A stretch of DNA of 64,000 bases from Elusimicrobiota bacterium (GTDB lineage: Bacteria; Elusimicrobiota; Endomicrobiia; Endomicrobiales; JAPLKN01). Numbering within the stretch: position 1 is the stretch's first letter; every line of letters starts with the position of its first letter. The stretch is taken from the NCBI GenBank assembly GCA_042562855.1, contig JBHPNE010000005.1:154-64153 (forward strand). Direction: 5' to 3'. Both the position numbers and the translations under genes were made by a program. Shown here piece after piece: positions 26,864-37,500 of the stretch. A model generated the notes under the pieces. That model did not search any database, was not told the origin of the DNA, and was given only the letters and a program-made list of their open reading frames with translations.

Positions 26864-27475
26864 ATGGCAGAAAAAAAGATGGTGGAAATTCGTTGGCACG
26901 GCCGTGGCGGGCAAGGGGCAAAAACTGCAGCTCTTTTGTTTGCTGAAACTGCGCTTGCTACCGGTAAACATATACAGGCTTTTCCTGAATACGGTCCCGA
27001 AAGAATGGGAGCTCCGGTTCAATCATTCAATCGAATCAGTGAAGAAGCTATTACAATTCATTGTGCAGTAACTAATCCGGATTTTGTGGTTATCTTGGAT
27101 CCCACACTTATGGATTCAGTTAATGTTACAGAAGGATTGGATGAGCATGGCAAAATTATAGTGAACACTTCATTTTCAGTAAAAGAAACTGCCAATCATT
27201 TAGGAATTTCAGAAAATCAGGTATTTGTGGTTAATGCAAGCCAAATTGCAATGGACACAATCGGAATGGATATACCCAATACTCCAATGCTCGGGGCTCT
27301 TGTAAAAGTTATGGGAAATATGGATTTAAATCATGTTATTGAAGATATTCAGAAAAAACTGGAACTAAAATTTAGACATAAACCACAAGTGATCAGTGGA
27401 AATCTGGATTCAATTCGGAAAGCGTATGAAGAAGTAAAGGGCGAAAAGGAACAAGCAGTTCAAGGTGCTAAATAA
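26864..27475 (+). CDS. porC: pyruvate/2-oxoacid:ferredoxin oxidoreductase gamma subunit
   Basis: EIRWHGRGGQGAKT, FPEYGPERMGAP and PNTPMLGA motifs. Confidence 0.93.
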   Translation: MAEKKMVEIRWHGRGGQGAKTAALLFAETALATGKHIQAFPEYGPERMGAPVQSFNRISEEAITIHCAVTNPDFVVILDPTLMDSVNVTEGLDEHGKIIVNTSFSVKETANHLGISENQVFVVNASQIAMDTIGMDIPNTPMLGALVKVMGNMDLNHVIEDIQKKLELKFRHKPQVISGNLDSIRKAYEEVKGEKEQAVQGAK

Positions 27476-27552
27476 TATTAGTTTTATCGGAGGAATATAG
27501 TCCTCCGCTGCGCTCTGTATAAAATCTTATTAAATTGCTTAAAGGAGATTTC

Positions 27553-27849
27553 ATGAAAAAAGTAGAAAATAAATTATCTCATAAAGAATTACCAATTGGT
27601 GATATCTTAGAGGCTGGAACCGCTGAGGCATTTCATACGGGAGATTGGAGAAGTTCGAGGCCAGTCTGGGATGAGAAAAAGTGCATTCATTGTATGGCTT
27701 GTTGGGTAGCTTGTCCCGATAGTTCCATATTGACAAAGGATGGTAAAATAACGGGGATAGATTTGGATCATTGTAAAGGATGTGGTATTTGTGCAGTTGA
27801 ATGCCCAACAAAAGTTTCTGCAATAACAATGGAAGCCGAAAAGAAATAA
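27553..27849 (+). CDS. porD: pyruvate/2-oxoacid:ferredoxin oxidoreductase delta subunit
   Basis: TGDWR and two CxxCxxCxxxCP ferredoxin motifs; AGGAG RBS before ATG 27553. Confidence 0.93.
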   Translation: MKKVENKLSHKELPIGDILEAGTAEAFHTGDWRSSRPVWDEKKCIHCMACWVACPDSSILTKDGKITGIDLDHCKGCGICAVECPTKVSAITMEAEKK

Positions 27850-27861
27850 ATTATTTATCAT

Positions 27862-29073
27862 ATGGGAGAAAAAATGATCAAAACCACTTATGAAAAAGGA
27901 AAATTAGTTGCAAAAACCGGCAATGAGGCTATGGCCGAAGCCATGCGCCAAATTTCACCGGATGTTGTTGCGGCATATCCTATAACACCTGCTACAGAAA
28001 TTGTGCAGATATTTTCACAGTTTGTTGCTGATGGAATTGTGCCTACAGAATATGTCGCTGTAGAAAGCGAGCATTCTGCAATGTCTGCTTGCATTGGTTC
28101 ATCTGCTGCAGGCGCAAGAACCATGACAGGCACATCTTCCCAGGGGTTTGCGTTAATGTGGGAAATGCTTTATATAGCCGCAGGTTTGAGATTGCCGATA
28201 TGTATGGCTGTGGTGAATCGTGCATTATCAAGTCCTATTAATATTCATGGTGACCAGTCGGACACGATGGGTGCAAGAGATTCAGGATGGATACAAATAT
28301 ATTCTGAAAACTCTCAGGAAGCATACGATAATATGATACAAGCAATGAAAATTGCAGAAATCTCGAAACTTCCTGCACTTGTTACGACCGATGGTTTCAT
28401 AATAAGCCATTGTCTGGAAGTAGTTGAAATGTTGCCGGATGAGGATGTAAAGAAATTTATTGGTGAATATAAGCCGGAAAGAAGTTTATTGGATATCAAG
28501 AATCCTTATACTTTAGGCGCACTTGATCTGCAGGATTATTATTTTGAACATAGATATCAGTTAGCTGAAGCAATGCATAATTCCAAACAAATTATTTTGG
28601 ATGTTGCGGCTCATTTTAAGAAAAAATTTGGACGCGAATATAGCTTTTATGAAAAATGCAAGATGGAAGATGCAGAAATGGCAATAGTTGTTATAGGTTC
28701 TGCAGCCGGAACGGCAAAAGTTGTGATCGACGAATTAAGAGAAAAGGGCGTGAAGATCGGACTTATAAAGATAAGGGTTTTCAGGCCTTTCCCGCACGAA
28801 GAACTTGCAAAAGATTTGTCTAAACTTAAAGCAATAGCTGTGATGGACAGATCGGATTCAAGCGCTGGAGCTATGGCGCCCGTGTATACCGAGATCACAT
28901 CAGCCCTTTATACACACTCAAAAGAAGCAAAACCAAAAGTTATAAATTATATTTATGGGTTAGGCGGAAGAGATATTACACTTGAACATTTTAGAGAAAT
29001 TATCGGAAATCTTGAAAAACTAAAAGCAGGCGATCCGGTTAAAAATGTTGTTGAATACGTTAACTTAAGATAA
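27862..29073 (+). CDS. porA: pyruvate/2-oxoacid:ferredoxin oxidoreductase alpha subunit
   Basis: AAYPITP, VESEHSAMS, TSSQG and GLGGRD motifs; start may be ATG 27874. Confidence 0.94.
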   Translation: MGEKMIKTTYEKGKLVAKTGNEAMAEAMRQISPDVVAAYPITPATEIVQIFSQFVADGIVPTEYVAVESEHSAMSACIGSSAAGARTMTGTSSQGFALMWEMLYIAAGLRLPICMAVVNRALSSPINIHGDQSDTMGARDSGWIQIYSENSQEAYDNMIQAMKIAEISKLPALVTTDGFIISHCLEVVEMLPDEDVKKFIGEYKPERSLLDIKNPYTLGALDLQDYYFEHRYQLAEAMHNSKQIILDVAAHFKKKFGREYSFYEKCKMEDAEMAIVVIGSAAGTAKVVIDELREKGVKIGLIKIRVFRPFPHEELAKDLSKLKAIAVMDRSDSSAGAMAPVYTEITSALYTHSKEAKPKVINYIYGLGGRDITLEHFREIIGNLEKLKAGDPVKNVVEYVNLR

Positions 29074-29106
29074 TAAAATTAATATTGGTTAATATAGGAG
29101 AAATAA

Positions 29107-30033
29107 ATGGCAAACTTAAAAGAACTTAGCAAAAAAGAGGAGTTGTTCTGCGGAGGACATCGTTTGTGTGCTGGTTGCGGAGCAGGTATTGTTGCGCGGC
29201 AGGCAATGATGGCGGCCTCAGATAAACCCGTTGTTGTTACAAGTGCTACGGGATGTTTGGAAGTTGCTTCCACAATATTTCCGTATTCTTCATGGAAGAC
29301 TTCGTTTATTCATTCTGCATTTGAGAATTCGGCTTCAACTTGCAGCGGAGTAGAAGCGGCATATCAATCTTTGAAAAAACAGGGAAAAATAAAAGAAGAT
29401 ATAAATTTTATAGCGTTCGGTGGAGACGGTGGAACGTATGATATTGGCATTCAAGCGCTTTCAGGTGCTATGGAACGCCGCCATAAAATGCTTTATATTT
29501 GTTATAACAATGAAGCTTATATGAATACAGGTATTCAGCGTAGTGGTGCAACACCCAAGGGGGCTCACACAACCACTGCTCCTGCAGGTAAAGTAAAACA
29601 AGGCAAGGAGCAGTTTAGAAAAGATCTAACTGCAATAATGGTAGCTCATGACATACCATATGTTGCTCAAGCGGTCGTAGGTTATGCAAACGACTTCATT
29701 GAAAAAGTTAAGAAGGCCTTAACAGTTGATGGCCCCAGTTTCATCAATATTCTTCAGCCTTGCCGTTTGGGTTGGGCATATGATCCTAAAGATACAATGA
29801 CTATCGGCAAAACTGCGGTTGAAACTTGTATTTGGCCTATTTATGAAGTTGTAAACGGAGAATATAAATTAAGCAGAAAACCGAAAGAGAAGAAGCCTAT
29901 AACACAGTTTTTGAAGAGCCAGGGAAGGTTTAAACATCTTTTTAAACCTGAAAACCAGCCTATATTAGATGATATACAAAAAGACGTTGACCTAAAATGG
30001 GAAAAATTGCTAAAATTGTGCGGCCAAGAATAA
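29107..30033 (+). CDS. porB: pyruvate/2-oxoacid:ferredoxin oxidoreductase beta subunit
   Basis: GHRLCAGCG and TPP-binding GGDGGTYDIG...NEAYMNTGIQRS motifs. Confidence 0.94.
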   Translation: MANLKELSKKEELFCGGHRLCAGCGAGIVARQAMMAASDKPVVVTSATGCLEVASTIFPYSSWKTSFIHSAFENSASTCSGVEAAYQSLKKQGKIKEDINFIAFGGDGGTYDIGIQALSGAMERRHKMLYICYNNEAYMNTGIQRSGATPKGAHTTTAPAGKVKQGKEQFRKDLTAIMVAHDIPYVAQAVVGYANDFIEKVKKALTVDGPSFINILQPCRLGWAYDPKDTMTIGKTAVETCIWPIYEVVNGEYKLSRKPKEKKPITQFLKSQGRFKHLFKPENQPILDDIQKDVDLKWEKLLKLCGQE

Positions 30034-30063
30034 AAAGCTGCAATTTAGAATATGTAGTGCAAT

Positions 30064-30135
30064 TCCGGCGTAGCTCAATGGTAGAGCATTCGGCTGTTAA
30101 CCGAAGGGTTGTTGGTTCGAGTCCAACCGCCGGAG
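30064..30135 (+). tRNA. tRNA-Asn(GTT)
   Basis: Acceptor tccggcg/cgccgga (U1-A72); anticodon arm ttcgg-ctGTTaa-ccgaa; T arm gttgg-ttcgagt-ccaac; CCA not encoded. Confidence 0.97.
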
Positions 30136-30139
30136 TTTA

Positions 30140-30169
30140 AAAAAAAGAACCTTGGAAGGTTCTTTTTTT
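30140..30169 (+). terminator. intrinsic terminator after tRNA-Asn
   Basis: aaaaaaagaacct-tgga-aggttcttttttt. Confidence 0.8.
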
Positions 30170-30232
30170 ATGTTTGATAGAAATCCAAAAATACTAAAAT
30201 ACTTTCAGATTCCATCGGGAAAACAATAAAAA

Positions 30233-31735
30233 ATGATTCAAATATTTGAGATAAACAAATCATACGGCGATCAGATTCTTTATAAAGATTTGAGCTTTAA
30301 TATTAACCGCGGCGACAAAATCGGCCTTGTAGGCAGAAACGGCCACGGTAAGTCCACGCTATTTCAGATGATTTTGGGAGAAGTCAGCATAGATTCTGGC
30401 AATATTTCAATACCAAAAAACTACCGCATTGGATACCTCCAGCAGCATCTAAACTTTACAAAATCTACCGTCGTAGAAGAAGCAAGCCTTGGTTTGTCGC
30501 ATGGAGAAGAATACGATACCTGGAAAGCTGAAAAAATCCTTTCCGGCCTTGGTTTTTCTCAAAGTGACATGTATAAAAAACCAAAAGAGTTTTCAGGCGG
30601 ATACCAGATAAGATTGAACCTTGCAAAACTGCTTGTTTCTAAACCTGATATGCTGCTCCTTGATGAACCGAACAATTATCTTGATATTGTTGCTATCAGG
30701 TGGCTTGAAGAATTTTTGCGTTCATGGAAGGGCGAGTTTTTGCTTATTACTCACGATAGAAATTTTATGGATAGGGTCGTAACGCACACAGTGGCAATTC
30801 ACCGATATAAAGCAAAGAAAGTTGAAGGTGATACTGAAAAACTTTATAACCAGATAAATCAGGAAGAAGAAATATACGAAAAAACCAGACTTAACGAAGC
30901 AAAAAAACGCCGCCAAACGGAGCTATTTATAGCAAGGTTTAAGGCAAAGGCAAGTTTCGCAAGCCGCGCCCAGTCGCGCGTGAAAAAACTGGAAAAAGAA
31001 GGTCAGATGGAAAAGCTAAAACATATTGAGGATCTCGATCTTTATTTTAACAGTGCAGATTTTTCCGGCGACAAAATGATGTCGGCCGAACATATTTCTT
31101 TTTCATACTCCGGAGAAAAACCATATTTAATAGATAATTTTACGCTTGAAATAGGCAATAAAGAAAGAGTTTGTATAATCGGAAAAAATGGAAAAGGAAA
31201 ATCCACCCTTCTAAAATTATTTGCCAATGAGTTGAAACCTATAAGCGGGGAAATAAAAAAGCACCCCGTATTGCAGGAAGGATATTTCGGCCAAACCAAC
31301 AAGATGGACCTTGGGGATAGCAATACGGTTCTTGAAGAAATAAAACTGGCAGATGTAAACTGCGGCGAAAATAAGGCGCGGACTATTGCAGGTGGACTAA
31401 TGTTTTCGGGAGATAATGCGCTAAAAACAATCAAGGTGTTATCCGGTGGTGAAAAAAGTAGAGTTTTATTGGGCAAGATACTTGTGGCACCTGCTAATAT
31501 TCTCTTTTTAGATGAACCTACGAACCATCTGGATATGCAGTCTTGCGATTCTTTAATTGAGGCGATTGATGATTTTGATGGTTCTGTTTTAATGGTTACA
31601 CATGATGAAAGGCATTTAAGGGCTGTTGCCACAAAGCTTATAGTATTTGACGAAAATAAAGTAAAAGTATATCCCGGCGGTTACGATGACTTTTTGAAAG
31701 ATGTCGGATGGTCAGATGAATATTTTGGGAATTAA
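30233..31735 (+). CDS. ABC-F family ATPase
   Basis: Two ABC cassettes ([18 protein letters not shown]; [23 protein letters not shown]); no TM segments. Confidence 0.92.
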   Translation: MIQIFEINKSYGDQILYKDLSFNINRGDKIGLVGRNGHGKSTLFQMILGEVSIDSGNISIPKNYRIGYLQQHLNFTKSTVVEEASLGLSHGEEYDTWKAEKILSGLGFSQSDMYKKPKEFSGGYQIRLNLAKLLVSKPDMLLLDEPNNYLDIVAIRWLEEFLRSWKGEFLLITHDRNFMDRVVTHTVAIHRYKAKKVEGDTEKLYNQINQEEEIYEKTRLNEAKKRRQTELFIARFKAKASFASRAQSRVKKLEKEGQMEKLKHIEDLDLYFNSADFSGDKMMSAEHISFSYSGEKPYLIDNFTLEIGNKERVCIIGKNGKGKSTLLKLFANELKPISGEIKKHPVLQEGYFGQTNKMDLGDSNTVLEEIKLADVNCGENKARTIAGGLMFSGDNALKTIKVLSGGEKSRVLLGKILVAPANILFLDEPTNHLDMQSCDSLIEAIDDFDGSVLMVTHDERHLRAVATKLIVFDENKVKVYPGGYDDFLKDVGWSDEYFGN

Positions 31736-31814
31736 TAGGATTATTATATTTACTTTTCCGAACCTACATGAAGGCAATAATGAACTATAAATTAAAATAT
31801 GGAATGGTGAAGGT

Positions 31815-33395
31815 ATGAAATTTAAATCTCACGAAAACATAAATGAGCAGGATTTACAGAAGGGCCTTAAGGCAGTTGTAAACGACGGTATCATGAGTCA
31901 TTTGATGGGAGTTTTGACTGGCGGAGTATTCCTTGTTGCTATCGCGCTTCAGCTTGGGGCTTCAAACTTTCAAATCGGGCTTCTTGCCGCAATACCACCA
32001 TTAATGCAATTGGTTCAACTCCCGGCAATCTTTTTAATAGAAAAGGTACAGAGCAGAAAAACAGTAGCCATTTATTCAGCCACGATAAGTAGGGTGGCTT
32101 TTTTAATGGTAGCTTTGAGCCCGCTTCTCTTTCCTCCATCAATAGGTTTGTTAATACTGATTGTTGCTGTTTTGTTTGCATCAGTTTTTGGCGGTATCGG
32201 TGGTTGTGCATGGAGTTCGTGGATGCGTGATTTAGTGCCTGAAAAGCAGATGGGAATATTCTTTTCTACCAGATTGAGAATTGCAACTATTCTAGGTATT
32301 ATTTTGAGCCTTCTTGCCAGCTTGTTCATCGACTATTGGAAAACATCTTTCCCTAATAGTGAGATTTATGCATATTCAGGGCTTTTTGCATCGGCTTTTG
32401 TAATTGGCATGATAGGTATTATCTTCTTATCTAAAACCCCTGAACCAACTATGATACCGCAGGAAAAATCTAATGTACTGGAACTGCTCACGCGTCCACT
32501 CAAGGATAAGAATTTCAAACGGCTTATGATATCTTTAGGATCATGGAGTTTCGCGGTAAATCTTGCAGCACCATTTTTCACTGTTTATATGTTGACGCGG
32601 CTAGGGATGGGGATGTCAATAATCGTAGCTTTAAGTATCCTAAGTCAAATATTCAATTTCACTTTCCTTGTTCTATGGGGAAAATTGGCAGATAAATTCA
32701 GCAACAAATCTGTCTTAGCAATAAGTGGACCTCTATTCATGTTCAGCATTCTTGGATGGACATTTACTACTATGCCTGAAAAGCACTTTCTGACAATGCC
32801 TATTTTGATAATACTTCATATTGTAATGGGTATTGCAACAGCTGGAGTTGCAATAGCTTCCGCAAATATAGGGCTCAAACTCGCTCCCAAAGGTAGTGCT
32901 ACGGCATACTTGGCCGCTAATACTCTTGTAAATTCATTTGCGGCCGGAATAGCTCCAATTTTGGGCGGTTTATTTGCTGATTTTTTTGCCACAAGTAATT
33001 TATCACTCGTTTTTAAATGGATTTCACCGAAGGAGGAATTTGTCTTTCAAACACTAAACTTTCAGTCCTGGGATTTCTTTTTCGCATTCGCCTTTCTTAT
33101 AGGATTATATGCTCTTCATAGGCTATCCTTAGTAGAAGAAGAGGGGGAAGTTGATGACGAAATTGTTCGGGCCGAGTTCATGGGCATTATTACAAAACCG
33201 CTAAGGAGCCTGTCATCCGGAGCGGGTTTGTTCCAGAATATTTCGTATCCTTTTATATTTGTTAAAAGAAGAGCCAGGATTATCAGAAGAAGAGTCAAAC
33301 ATAATATAAGAAGAGCTTTAAGAAAAAAAATAACTAAGAATAAGCTTCCAGTTTCAGAGCAAGGCTCTGGCAGTAGTACAGAAAAAAATGGTTAA
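31815..33395 (+). CDS. MFS transporter
   Basis: About 12 TM segments, SWMRDLVP...G.FF and WGKLADKFSNK motifs; Arg-rich C-terminal tail. Confidence 0.88.
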   Translation: MKFKSHENINEQDLQKGLKAVVNDGIMSHLMGVLTGGVFLVAIALQLGASNFQIGLLAAIPPLMQLVQLPAIFLIEKVQSRKTVAIYSATISRVAFLMVALSPLLFPPSIGLLILIVAVLFASVFGGIGGCAWSSWMRDLVPEKQMGIFFSTRLRIATILGIILSLLASLFIDYWKTSFPNSEIYAYSGLFASAFVIGMIGIIFLSKTPEPTMIPQEKSNVLELLTRPLKDKNFKRLMISLGSWSFAVNLAAPFFTVYMLTRLGMGMSIIVALSILSQIFNFTFLVLWGKLADKFSNKSVLAISGPLFMFSILGWTFTTMPEKHFLTMPILIILHIVMGIATAGVAIASANIGLKLAPKGSATAYLAANTLVNSFAAGIAPILGGLFADFFATSNLSLVFKWISPKEEFVFQTLNFQSWDFFFAFAFLIGLYALHRLSLVEEEGEVDDEIVRAEFMGIITKPLRSLSSGAGLFQNISYPFIFVKRRARIIRRRVKHNIRRALRKKITKNKLPVSEQGSGSSTEKNG

Positions 33396-33407
33396 ACTCA
33401 TTGAAAT

Positions 33408-33436
33408 TTGAGCTATTTTATAAAAAATGGTATAAT
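33408..33436 (+). promoter_or_regulatory. promoter of mnmA (possibly leaderless)
   Basis: TTGAGC, 17 bp, TGg-TATAAT; GTG start begins 7 nt after the -10. Confidence 0.55.
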
Positions 33437-33442
33437 AAACCA

Positions 33443-34510
33443 GTGAACAAAAAAGTAATGGTTGCGATGAGCGGGGGAGTAGATTCTTCAGTTGCTGCTT
33501 TACTTCTGAAGAAACAAGGATATGAGGTTGTAGGCGTAACAATGTGTTTAGGGATAAAGGACATTGAGGATAGCCCCTACCGTTGTTGCGGCACTCAATC
33601 GATTGAAGATGCACGCAGTGTGTGCACACAGTTAAAAATAAAGCATTATGTTATGGATTTTTCCAAACAGCTGGAAGAGGATGTTATAAACCCTTTTGTT
33701 GCAGATTATAGCGTTGGAAAAACTCCGAATCCTTGTATCGAATGCAATCGTCATATTAAGTTTGGATCTCTGTTTGAAAAAGCTAAGAGTATGGGGTTTG
33801 AATTTCTGGCCACCGGACATTTCGCAGCCATAGAAAACCTAAAAGGAAGCCATTTCTTAAAAAAACCAAAAGACAAAATGAAAGATCAGACCTATTTTTT
33901 ATATCAAATAAAGGCTGAATGCTTGAAATCCGTAATATTTCCTTTATGCGATTTAACGAAGGATGAAGTTAGAGGTATTGCCCGCGATTGGAAACTTGCC
34001 GTTGCCGATAAACCACAAAGCCAGGATGTCTGTTTCATCCCAGATAAAAACTACCATAAATTTATTGAAAAAAAGATAAAAAGTGCAAAGCCCGGTAAAA
34101 TTGTTGATAAAAAGGGGAGTACACTTGGAAATCATAAGGGAATTTGCTTTTATACCGTTGGACAGCGCGCAGGGTTTGAGCTAAAAAAGCAAAGTCCTTC
34201 CCAAAAGCCATTGTATGTTGTTTCAATAAACCTTGAAAAGAACGAGCTTGTTGTTGGCGAAAAGAAGGATTTGGGAGCAGATGGGTTAATAGCCTCGGAT
34301 ATAAATTTGTTTACGGAAGACTTTTCCGGAGAAATATTTGCTAAAATACGGTATGCGCACAAAGATGCAAAGTGCAGTGTTGTAAAAACTGGTGACAAAA
34401 TAAGGGTAAAATTCGATACTTTGCAGCAATCTATTACTCCCGGTCAATCCGTTGTGTTGTATAGGGATGGCTTTGTATTGGGAGGCGGTAAAATTGAAAG
34501 CGTTATATAA
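33443..34510 (+). CDS. mnmA: tRNA 2-thiouridine(34) synthase
   Basis: AMSGGVDSS, TPNPCIECN, ATGH, KDQTYFL, SQDVCF and TPGQS motifs; start GTG 33443 preferred over TTG 33401. Confidence 0.95.
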   Translation: MNKKVMVAMSGGVDSSVAALLLKKQGYEVVGVTMCLGIKDIEDSPYRCCGTQSIEDARSVCTQLKIKHYVMDFSKQLEEDVINPFVADYSVGKTPNPCIECNRHIKFGSLFEKAKSMGFEFLATGHFAAIENLKGSHFLKKPKDKMKDQTYFLYQIKAECLKSVIFPLCDLTKDEVRGIARDWKLAVADKPQSQDVCFIPDKNYHKFIEKKIKSAKPGKIVDKKGSTLGNHKGICFYTVGQRAGFELKKQSPSQKPLYVVSINLEKNELVVGEKKDLGADGLIASDINLFTEDFSGEIFAKIRYAHKDAKCSVVKTGDKIRVKFDTLQQSITPGQSVVLYRDGFVLGGGKIESVI

Positions 34511-34552
34511 AAAATTATTTATCTGTATTTTTTCATGGAAGGGAGGGTTATA

Positions 34553-37500
34553 ATGGATCCTAATGATAAATCAAACTACATTATTTCTAAATCCAAATTT
34601 GAAGCTGTTATTTTTGATCTCGATGGGGTCATAACAAAAACAGCAATTGTTCATGCAAAAGCATGGAAAGAAATGTTTGATGAATTTCTTTTAAAAGGGT
34701 CCAAGAAAGCCCAGCCTTTTACTCATGCCGAATATCATAAATTTGTTGATGGCAAACCTCGCTATAAAGGTGTAGACAGTTTCTTAAAATCACGTCATAT
34801 TAAGCTCCCCTTCGGTAAGCCAAGTGATCAACCAGAAAAAGCTACTGTTTGCGGTTTGGGAAACAGAAAAAACCAGGTATTTCTTAATTGCTTGAATACT
34901 GAAGAGGTAGAATCCTACAGATCCTCAGTAGCTTTAGTAAGAGAGCTGAAAGATAAGGGTTTTAAAATAGGAGTTGTATCATCCAGTAAAAATTGTGTAG
35001 GTGTACTTGGTGCAGCAGGTATTACCGATTTATTTAGCGTGAAAGTTGATGGTGTTGATGCCGAAAGAGCGGGCTTAAGCGGTAAGCCTGACCCTGATAC
35101 TTTTTTGGATGCTGCGAAACAGCTCAAAGTAAAACCTGAACAATGTGTTGTATTTGAAGATGCGGTTTCAGGTGTTCAAGCCGGGAGTAGAGGCAAGTTC
35201 GGCATGGTTGTCGGTGTAAACAGGGAAGAAAATAGAGAAAGGCTTCTTGAGGCCGGTGCAGATGTTGTAGTTGATGATTTAGCTGAGATTAAAGTAGAAG
35301 CTAGAATGAAAGACCTGCTTAACGGAACTGAGTATTTTAATCAGATTGAAAAGGCCATAGGCGATAAACAAATAGTTTTATTTCTGGATTTCGACGGAAC
35401 TCTTTCTCCAATTGTTTCCAAACCTGAAGATGCTGCATTGGCAGAAGGAATGAAGGAAGTATTAATGGATCTATCGGAAAGGTGTAAGCTGGCAATTGTA
35501 AGCGGACGAGGACTTGATGATGTAAAACAGCGTGCAGGCATTGACAATATATACTACGCCGGAAGTCACGGCTTTGAAATTAAGGGCCCGGACGGCCTAT
35601 CAATGGAAAATGAACAGGCAAATGCACTTTTGCCGTTGATAGATAAAATAGAAAAAGAGCTGGAACGAGAATTAGCCAGTATCAAAGGTGCGCAGGTAGA
35701 CAGAAAAAAATATTCTGTTGCAATTCATTACAGAAATGTTGGAGAAAAAGATGCAGGCGCGGTAGAAGAAATTGTAGACAAGATAAATGCAAAGTATAAA
35801 GAGGTTAGAAAAAAACACGGCAAAAAAGTATTCGAACTTCTTCCCGATATAAAGTGGGACAAAGGAGAAGCGCTTCTTTGGATAATGGATACTTTAGGGA
35901 TTACTTTTTCCGATTATATACCCTTTTACGTGGGCGACGATGTTACTGATGAAGATGCATTTAAGATTTTGAGCTCTTACGGAATGGGGATAGCGGTCGG
36001 AAACGATGTAAGGCAGACTTCGGCCCGCTACAAAGTTGACAGTGTTGACCAAGTTAAAGATTTCTTTAAAATCTTAATTGACTATATAGAAAAGAGAAAA
36101 TCATGGGATTTATCATACGATGAATTCAAACCGAAGGAAGAAGGGCTTCGCGAAGCATTATGTACTTTAGGCAACGGCTATTTTGCGACCAGGGGTGCGG
36201 CGCCTGAAAGTTCTGCGGATGGCATTCATTACCCGGGTACTTATTTAGCGGGCGGTTATAATCGTCTCAAGACTAAAATAGCGGGCCGGATAGTAGAGAA
36301 TGAAGATTTGGTGAATTTGCCCAACTGGCTGTGCTTTAATTTTTCAATTTCAAAAGGAGACTGGTTTGATCTTAAGAAAGTAAAAATTTTATCTTATCAT
36401 CAAAGGCTTGATATTAAAAAAGGAATATTAAACAGAACTATTCTTTTTCAGGACAAAAAGAAAAGAAAAACAAAAATTATTCAGCGCAGAATTGTAAGCA
36501 TGGCTTATATGCATATCGCAGCGCTAGAGACGGTAATTGTTCCTGTTAATTGGTCCGGAAAAATCAGGATTCGCACAGCATTGGATGGCAGGGTAGATAA
36601 TTCCGGGGTCAAAAGATATGGTGATTTAAGAAAAAAACATTTAAAACCTGTTGAAACGAAAAAACTTAATAAAAACGGAATATTTTTAAAAGTTCGTACT
36701 AACCAGTCGGATATAACAATAGCTCAGGCTGAAAGAACAAGGGTATATAAACAGGATCAAATAGTTCTTGTTGAAAGAAAAGTTACAAGAAAACCGGGCT
36801 ATATCTGCCAGGATTTTAAAGTAAATGTGAATAAAGGAACAAGGCTTACTGTAGAAAAAACGGTGTCGCTTTTTACTTCCCGGGATTTGGCGATTTCAGA
36901 ATGTGGAATAGAGGCAGAAAGAGCGGTCGTTAGTGCTCCAAAATTTAACCGATTGCTTTATCCGCATTTAGTTTCCTGGAACCGTTTATGGGCAAAGTTT
37001 GAGATCGATTTGGAATTGTACAGATATGATACTAATCACCATCCCCAAAAGATTCTTCGGTTATATAGTTTTCATCTTCTACAAAGCGCTTCACCGCATT
37101 CGCTGTATAACGATATAGGCATGCCTTCCCGCGGCTGGCATGGAGAAGCATATCGCGGACACATTTTCTGGGATGAGCTTATCATTTTTCCATTTTTAAA
37201 TTCCCGCATGCCAAGAATCACGAAAGCTTTGCTTATGTATAGATTTAGGCGGCTAGGTGAGGCAAGGAAAGCAGCTCGCGTGCTCGGATATAAAGGGGCA
37301 ATGTATCCATGGCAGAGCGGAAGCAACGGCAGGGAAGAAAGCCAGATGGTTCATCTAAATCCCGATTCCGGGAACTGGATAACAGACAATTCGTATGTTC
37401 AAAGACATATTAATGCAGCAATTGTTTTTAACATTTGGCAGTACTATCAGGTTACAGGAGACTCAGAATTTCTGTCTTTTTACGGGGCAGAGATGATTTT

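Noticed and set aside
27488-27507. Hairpin cggagga-atatag-tcctccg between porC and porD
   Set aside because: No U tract and only one copy; may stabilise mRNA, but no function can be supported
30034-30063. 5'-fragment array upstream of tRNA-Asn
   Set aside because: Only 30 bp separate porB from the tRNA, and no copy of its 5' end is present
31042-31632. Long antisense ORFs (for example 31042-31632, 42009-42554, 50195-50647, 62647-63087)
   Set aside because: They are shadows of well-supported genes on the opposite strand, with no motifs
31736-31814. Riboswitches in this and other intergenic regions (for example 47114-47262, 56383-56591)
   Set aside because: No recognisable aptamer consensus by eye; an Rfam scan would be needed to exclude them
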